A stretch of DNA of 12,005 bases. It comes from Chlamydiae bacterium RIFCSPHIGHO2_12_FULL_49_11. GTDB lineage: Bacteria; Chlamydiota; Chlamydiia; Chlamydiales; 2-12-FULL-49-11. Made by a program: the position numbers and the translations under genes. Positions within the stretch are counted from its first letter, which is position 1; every line of letters starts with the position of its first letter. A model generated the notes under the pieces. The model searched no databases. It was not told the DNA's origin and saw only the letters and a program-made list of their open reading frames with translations. The DNA lies in contig MGLW01000056.1 of assembly GCA_001794905.1 (NCBI GenBank), forward strand, positions 1,727 to 13,731, read 5' to 3'. Positions 8,037 through 12,005 of the stretch are shown here, piece after piece.

Positions 8037-8870
8037 ATGATTACTGCATCTTTGATTAAAGAATTACGGGAAAGAACGGGCGTCGGCATGGCAAAATGCA
8101 AAGAAGCGCTGGAAGAAACTTCCGGCGACATCGATGCCGCTATTGATTTTCTTCGCAAGCAGGGAGCCGCGTCAGCCGTCAAGAAGGCCTCGCGCGAGAC
8201 TAACGAAGGGTTGATCCGGTATAAAGAAATGGATGATGCTATTTTTATTCTTGAGCTCAATGCCGAAACCGATTTTGTGGTGAGTAACGAACGTTTCACA
8301 AAATTCCATGTCGATTTACTCGATGAAATGCACAAAGGAAGACCTCATTCACCGGATAGTTTGCTCCAGATGAAATCAACGCGAGAAAAATCCAAGACTC
8401 TCGATGAGCTCAGAAAGGAACTCATCAGCGTGATTGGGGAGAACATTGTTGTGTCACGGGCGATCACCGTAAAAAAAGAAAAAAACGCTTCTTACGGCGT
8501 ATATTCTCACATGGGCGGGAAAATTTTATGCCTCGTGGAACTTTCGGGAGGCACGGGAGCGGAAGCTTTGGCTCGAGAGATTGCGATGCATGTGGCTGCC
8601 GAAAGCCCTGAATATCTTGTAGCCGCAGATGTACCGAAAGAGGTTGTGGAAAAGGAACGAGAGATTGCCAAAAGCCAGGCGCCCGGAAATAAACCGCCGC
8701 AGATCATCGAAAAGATTATCGAAGGGAAGCTTAAGGCCTATTTCGATCAGGCGTGTTTGCTGAACCAAAAGTTTATCAAAGATCCCTCGATCACGATCGC
8801 CGACCTCGTGCAGAAGGCAGGCAAGGGGCTCGCATTGACCAAGTTTATCCGTGTACAGGTAGGGCAGTAA
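8037..8870 (+). CDS. tsf: Translation elongation factor Ts
   Basis: Start reassigned to ATG 8037 (MITASLIKELRERTGVGMAKCKEAL), 10 nt after the rpsB stop. ETDFV and IAMHVAA motifs. 277 aa. Confidence 0.97.
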   Translation: MITASLIKELRERTGVGMAKCKEALEETSGDIDAAIDFLRKQGAASAVKKASRETNEGLIRYKEMDDAIFILELNAETDFVVSNERFTKFHVDLLDEMHKGRPHSPDSLLQMKSTREKSKTLDELRKELISVIGENIVVSRAITVKKEKNASYGVYSHMGGKILCLVELSGGTGAEALAREIAMHVAAESPEYLVAADVPKEVVEKEREIAKSQAPGNKPPQIIEKIIEGKLKAYFDQACLLNQKFIKDPSITIADLVQKAGKGLALTKFIRVQVGQ

Positions 8871-8878
8871 GTAAGATT

Positions 8879-9616
8879 GTGCAACACAGTCAAAAACGAA
8901 TTATCCTGAAGCTTTCCGGTGAAGCGCTCATCGGAGATCAAAGTTACGGGATCAATTATCAGGCGTGCCATAACATCGGAAAGCTCATCGAAAAGCTTGC
9001 CGGCCACGAAATCCAGATCGGGGTTGTGATTGGCGGCGGCAATATTTTCCGTGGCCGTACTGCGGCCGATTTTGGTTTCGAGCGCACTCCCGCCGACCAT
9101 ATCGGCATGCTCGCAACCTGTATCAACGGTCTTGCGCTCCACCAAGTCCTCATCACTCTCGGATTGAAAACACGCGTCATGAGCTCGCGCAATGTCGACG
9201 GGATCATTGAGCATTTCAACTGGCATCAGGCCCACCTTGCCTTAGAGAAAGGGGTAGTGATGATTTTTGTAGGGGGCACAGGCAACCCCTATTTTACGAC
9301 AGACACCGCGGCGGCCCTCAGAGCAGCTGAAATGAAAGCTGACATGCTGGTCAAGGCGACGACCGTCGACGGGGTTTATGACAAGGATCCGAGGCTTAAT
9401 TCTGATGCCAAGCGCTATGACCGGATCACGTATGAAGAGGTGCTCCGCCTGGATTTGCGGGTGATGGATTCGGCAGCGATTGCTCTTTGCCGTGATAATC
9501 ATATTGAAATCCGAGTCGTACCCGTCTATGATGAAGAGGCGATTTTGAATGCGATCGTGCACCGAAGAGGGGGCACCAGGGTCACAAGCGGGGAGGATTC
9601 ACATGGCATTCCATAA
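8879..9616 (+). CDS. pyrH: Uridylate kinase
   Basis: Motifs KLSGEAL, GGGNIFRG, GMLAT, GTGNPYFTTD, DGVYDKDP and VMD. The likely start is GTG 8879, just after the tsf stop. 245 aa. Confidence 0.96.
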   Translation: MQHSQKRIILKLSGEALIGDQSYGINYQACHNIGKLIEKLAGHEIQIGVVIGGGNIFRGRTAADFGFERTPADHIGMLATCINGLALHQVLITLGLKTRVMSSRNVDGIIEHFNWHQAHLALEKGVVMIFVGGTGNPYFTTDTAAALRAAEMKADMLVKATTVDGVYDKDPRLNSDAKRYDRITYEEVLRLDLRVMDSAAIALCRDNHIEIRVVPVYDEEAILNAIVHRRGGTRVTSGEDSHGIP

Positions 9617-10154
9617 AAAAGAAATTCAGGACAAAATGCAGCATGCGTTTGAACATTTGCAGTCCGAGTTCAATGCGCTGAGGACAAGCCGCGTCAATCC
9701 TTCCATGCTCGACCATGTCAAGGTGGATGCTTACGGAAGCGAGATGCAGCTCAAGGCGCTGGCGACCGTTTCGGTTCAGGATCGGCAGCTGGTGGTTTCA
9801 CCCTTTGACCCTTCCCTTGCCGCTTCGATCAGCAAGGCGATCCAGCAGACCAACATGGGGCTCAACCCCATCCTGGAGCGCAACGTGATTCGGGTACCGG
9901 TACCACCCCTTTCGGAAGATTTACGCAAAGTCATTGCCAAAGATGCGAAAGACAAGGCCGAGAAGGCAAAAGTCGTCGTTCGTGAAGTAAGGCGCAAGGG
10001 AAATGATCTCATTCGCGATGCCAAGCAGAAAGGGGACCTCACCGAGGACCTCCAGAAGAAATCGGAAAAAGAAGTGCAACTGCTTACCGATGAGTACTGC
10101 GAAAAAATCGACAAGCTTTTTGTGCAGAAAGAAAAGGAGATTCTTACAGTTTAA
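9603..10154 (+). CDS. frr: Ribosome recycling factor
   Basis: ATG 9603 with GGAGG at 9592-9596, overlapping the pyrH end by 14 nt. Motifs LRTSRVNPSMLD, YG, PFD, VPPLSED and VREVRR. 183 aa. Confidence 0.96.
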   Translation: MAFHKKEIQDKMQHAFEHLQSEFNALRTSRVNPSMLDHVKVDAYGSEMQLKALATVSVQDRQLVVSPFDPSLAASISKAIQQTNMGLNPILERNVIRVPVPPLSEDLRKVIAKDAKDKAEKAKVVVREVRRKGNDLIRDAKQKGDLTEDLQKKSEKEVQLLTDEYCEKIDKLFVQKEKEILTV

Positions 10155-10156
10155 AA

Positions 10157-10186
10157 TTGCAAAAAAAAAGCAATCAGGTATAAAAT
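10157..10186 (+). promoter_or_regulatory. Putative sigma66 promoter for tRNA-Glu/tRNA-Lys
   Basis: TTGCAA (10157-10162), an A-tract spacer, then TATAAA at 16 bp (10179-10184) or TAAAAT at 18 bp (10181-10186). The tRNA starts at 10204. Confidence 0.6.
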
Positions 10187-10203
10187 TGCTAGTGAAATAA
10201 TTT

Positions 10204-10278
10204 GGCCCCATCGTCTAGCCCGGTCCAGGACACAAGATTTTCATTCTTGCAACAGGGGTTCGAATCCCCTTGGGGTCA
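10204..10278 (+). tRNA. tRNA-Glu(TTC)
   Basis: Acceptor stem GGCCCCA/TGGGGTC, anticodon stem CAAGA/TCTTG with loop TT-TTC-AT (anticodon 10240-10242), T arm AGGGG-TTCGAAT-CCCCT. CCA is not encoded. Confidence 0.97.
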
Positions 10279-10281
10279 ACA

Positions 10282-10305
10282 AGAGCAAGTGGCAGAACTT
10301 GCTCT
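10282..10305. repeat. Perfect 9-bp hairpin in the inter-tRNA spacer
   Basis: AGAGCAAGT-GGCAGA-ACTTGCTCT. Confidence 0.85.
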
Positions 10306-10312
10306 CTAAAGA

Positions 10313-10384
10313 GAGCCTTTAGCTCAGCGGTAGAGCATCTCCCTTTTAAGGAGAGGGTCGATGGTTCAAATCCATCAAGGCTCA
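10313..10384 (+). tRNA. tRNA-Lys(TTT)
   Basis: Acceptor stem GAGCCTT/AAGGCTC, D stem GCTC/GAGC, anticodon stem TCTCC/GGAGA with loop CT-TTT-AA (anticodon 10345-10347), T arm GATGG-TTCAAAT-CCATC. CCA is not encoded. Confidence 0.97.
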
Positions 10385-10563
10385 TATTTTCATCCCACCC
10401 CAACTCTGTGTGGGCCTAGCTTTTTGAAGTGCCCTTTTGTCTGAATACGGTATTTATTTCGATAACAAGAGGGGAAATTTTTTGGGCTTTGACATAGCCG
10501 AAACGGGGAATCATTTGACGGCCCACCTTAAGGATTAAATCAACTCGTGGCAACAACTTGCGA

Positions 10564-10592
10564 TTGCCAAAAATCCCTCATCCATTTAAAAT
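10564..10592 (+). promoter_or_regulatory. Putative sigma66 promoter for the methyltransferase gene
   Basis: TTGCCA (10564-10569), N17, TAAAAT (10587-10592). Both boxes match 5/6 and the -10 ends 15 nt before TTG 10608. Confidence 0.6.
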
Positions 10593-10607
10593 CAGCTCAC
10601 AAAAAAC

Positions 10608-11474
10608 TTGAGATTATTTATACGATTCCTCATTTTCCTTTTTTCCTTGTTCTGCATATGCAGTGCTCAGGCCGATCATTGGAACGGGCTGGAATATGCA
10701 TACAATTCGTCTGTTCAAATGTCCCATGCAGAATGGGTATTGAATAGCCTCCCCCTCGCCGGCAATGAAAATATCCTCGATGTGGGGTGCGGCAACGGAA
10801 AATTGACTGCTCGTCTTGCCCAAAAAGTTCCGGACGGAATCGTGATCGGAATCGACCCTTCCGATTCCATGTTAGCTGGTGTGTTGCAAATGCAGGCATC
10901 AACCCGTAATTTAACATTCCTGAAAGCATCGGCAGAATCTTTTTCTCTCCCCTACCAATTTGACCATGTCATTGCAATTCATGTCATGCACTGGATACAA
11001 GAGCAGGAAAAAGCTTTGGCAAACATTTTCGCACACTTGAAACCCAATGGGAAGGTGCATATCATTCTGGCTCCCTCTAAAGAGGGTTTGCCTTTTTATA
11101 CCGCATTGAAAAACACCATGCATGAGTGGAAAGATGATTTTACCGGTTTTGTCAACCCCCAACAAACCTTTGATTTGGAAACCTACCGCACCTTAATGGT
11201 TCGTGCAGGCTTCCATATCGATTCAATCCATTACGTTTATCACAAATCAATGCATGAAAATCGAGATGCCTTGCAACAATGGATCAAGCAATGGCTCCCG
11301 CACAGAAAGCACCTTCCTCCGGAAAAACAAAATGCCTTTTTGGATTCACTCATGCAATATTACCTTGCGGCCATGAATATCGATCCTCAACAAAATAGCC
11401 CCATCCCTTGGGGAGAATATGTGCTTATCGTACACGGAACAAAACCAGCACCAACGGGAAAAATTCCAGGCTGA
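10608..11474 (+). CDS. Class I SAM-dependent methyltransferase (Tam-like) with predicted N-terminal signal peptide
   Basis: Motif I ILDVGCGNG (10773-10799), GIDPSDSML, FDHVIAIHVMHWI and LKPNG, plus a Tam-like W-x4-Y element (HWNGLEY). The hydrophobic N-terminus ends in AQA. The TTG start is uncertain. Confidence 0.85.
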   Translation: MRLFIRFLIFLFSLFCICSAQADHWNGLEYAYNSSVQMSHAEWVLNSLPLAGNENILDVGCGNGKLTARLAQKVPDGIVIGIDPSDSMLAGVLQMQASTRNLTFLKASAESFSLPYQFDHVIAIHVMHWIQEQEKALANIFAHLKPNGKVHIILAPSKEGLPFYTALKNTMHEWKDDFTGFVNPQQTFDLETYRTLMVRAGFHIDSIHYVYHKSMHENRDALQQWIKQWLPHRKHLPPEKQNAFLDSLMQYYLAAMNIDPQQNSPIPWGEYVLIVHGTKPAPTGKIPG

Positions 11475-11513
11475 TACCCAAAAATATGGATAAGATTGCG
11501 ACACCCTACGAGA

Positions 11514-11946
11514 ATGACTATACAGTTACGGTGTACCGATTTGGTTCAAGAGTTCCCTCCTCTGTTTTTTACGCTATCGGAGGAGCAATTACGGCGGGTG
11601 GAATTTGTTTGATGAAATATTCAAGGCATCTGCAATCTACAAGTTTTGCCGCTCCTCTCACATCGCTAGGGTAAAAAAATATCTCAAAGCGAGCGAAGTT
11701 GCGGTCATGAGGCGCGAACAAGAGGGAGATTATGGCAGCGCATTAATGATAGCGCGAAGTGTGCATCATGACTTCAAAAAATTTGGTTTGACCCATGAAG
11801 CCGATACCTGCGTTCAAAAGGTAAAATCTTTAGAAGAAAAATTATTAACTTTGGGTTTCACAAGGCGTCTATTTGATGAAAATTTAATGCCGAGAGAGAA
11901 CCTTTTGCAGCTTTTACAACTTCTAGGGGCGTTGTTGCGTAAATAG
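11514..11946 (+). pseudogene. Hypothetical helical protein, probably split by a 1-nt frameshift (alternatively an intact 113-aa ORF at 11605-11946)
   Basis: A 32-codon ORF (11514-11612) overlaps the 11605-11946 ORF. Removing one T at 11604-11606 gives a continuous 143-aa frame. I do not recognise a family. Confidence 0.4.
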
Positions 11947-12005
11947 TCACGGATAACGGAATTCTTTGCGCTTAAATTCTTGATTCTATAAATTTTTTGT
12001 TAGTA

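Noticed and set aside
7929-9602. Longer N-termini for tsf (7929), pyrH (8753) and frr (9549) in the ORF track
   Set aside because: They overlap the upstream genes and have no family similarity. Starts at 8037, 8879 and 9603 fit better.
10215-10403. 62-aa minus-strand ORF
   Set aside because: It is the antisense shadow of the tRNA-Glu and tRNA-Lys genes.
10394-10425. Intrinsic terminator after tRNA-Lys (CCCAC...GTGGG then TTTTT)
   Set aside because: The stem is short and the T-run is 6 nt away from it, too weak to call.
10489-10540. TTGACA (10489-10494) and TTGACG (10515-10520) as -35 boxes
   Set aside because: Neither has an acceptable -10 at 16-18 bp.
10548-10562. Sigma54-like TGGCA...TTGC motif
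   Set aside because: GG and GC are 9 nt apart, whereas sigma54 promoters require 10.
10644-10664. Lipoprotein lipobox in the methyltransferase leader (SLFC or FCIC)
   Set aside because: Neither Cys fits [LVI][ASTVI][GAS]C. The AQA SPase I site fits better.
11596-11613. prfB-type programmed +1 frameshift at GTT-TGA
   Set aside because: The codon is not the CTT slippery codon and no SD lies at the required spacing.
11980-12005. TTGATT as the -35 of a promoter for the next gene
   Set aside because: The -10 would run past the window edge and cannot be evaluated.
1-12005. CRISPR arrays, IS elements, integrases or recognisable defence systems
   Set aside because: No repeat-spacer structure, terminal repeats or relevant protein motifs were seen.

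Overview
Mostly housekeeping DNA whose gene content and order point to a Chlamydiota genome outside the Chlamydiaceae (inference from synteny and protein features, not a database result). From left to right on the + strand: a 5'-truncated ORF that fuses a WaaF-like GT9 glycosyltransferase domain in frame to a compact UAP-type (UDP-GlcNAc pyrophosphorylase-like) domain, then gpsA and bifunctional nnr. A 1031-aa chlamydial-type PBP2 gene on the - strand converges on nnr. A palindrome-rich divergent promoter region follows, then tRNA-Gly(TCC), rpsB, tsf, pyrH, frr, tRNA-Glu(TTC) and tRNA-Lys(TTT). After tRNA-Lys the sequence is more AT-rich. It carries a Tam-like SAM methyltransferase with an apparent Sec signal peptide, followed by a probably frameshifted helical orphan gene. 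No CRISPR array, transposase or integrase is visible. I found no clear multi-gene novel system. The best novelty candidates are the GT9-pyrophosphorylase fusion, the apparently exported methyltransferase and the operator-like palindromes upstream of pbp2 and tRNA-Gly.
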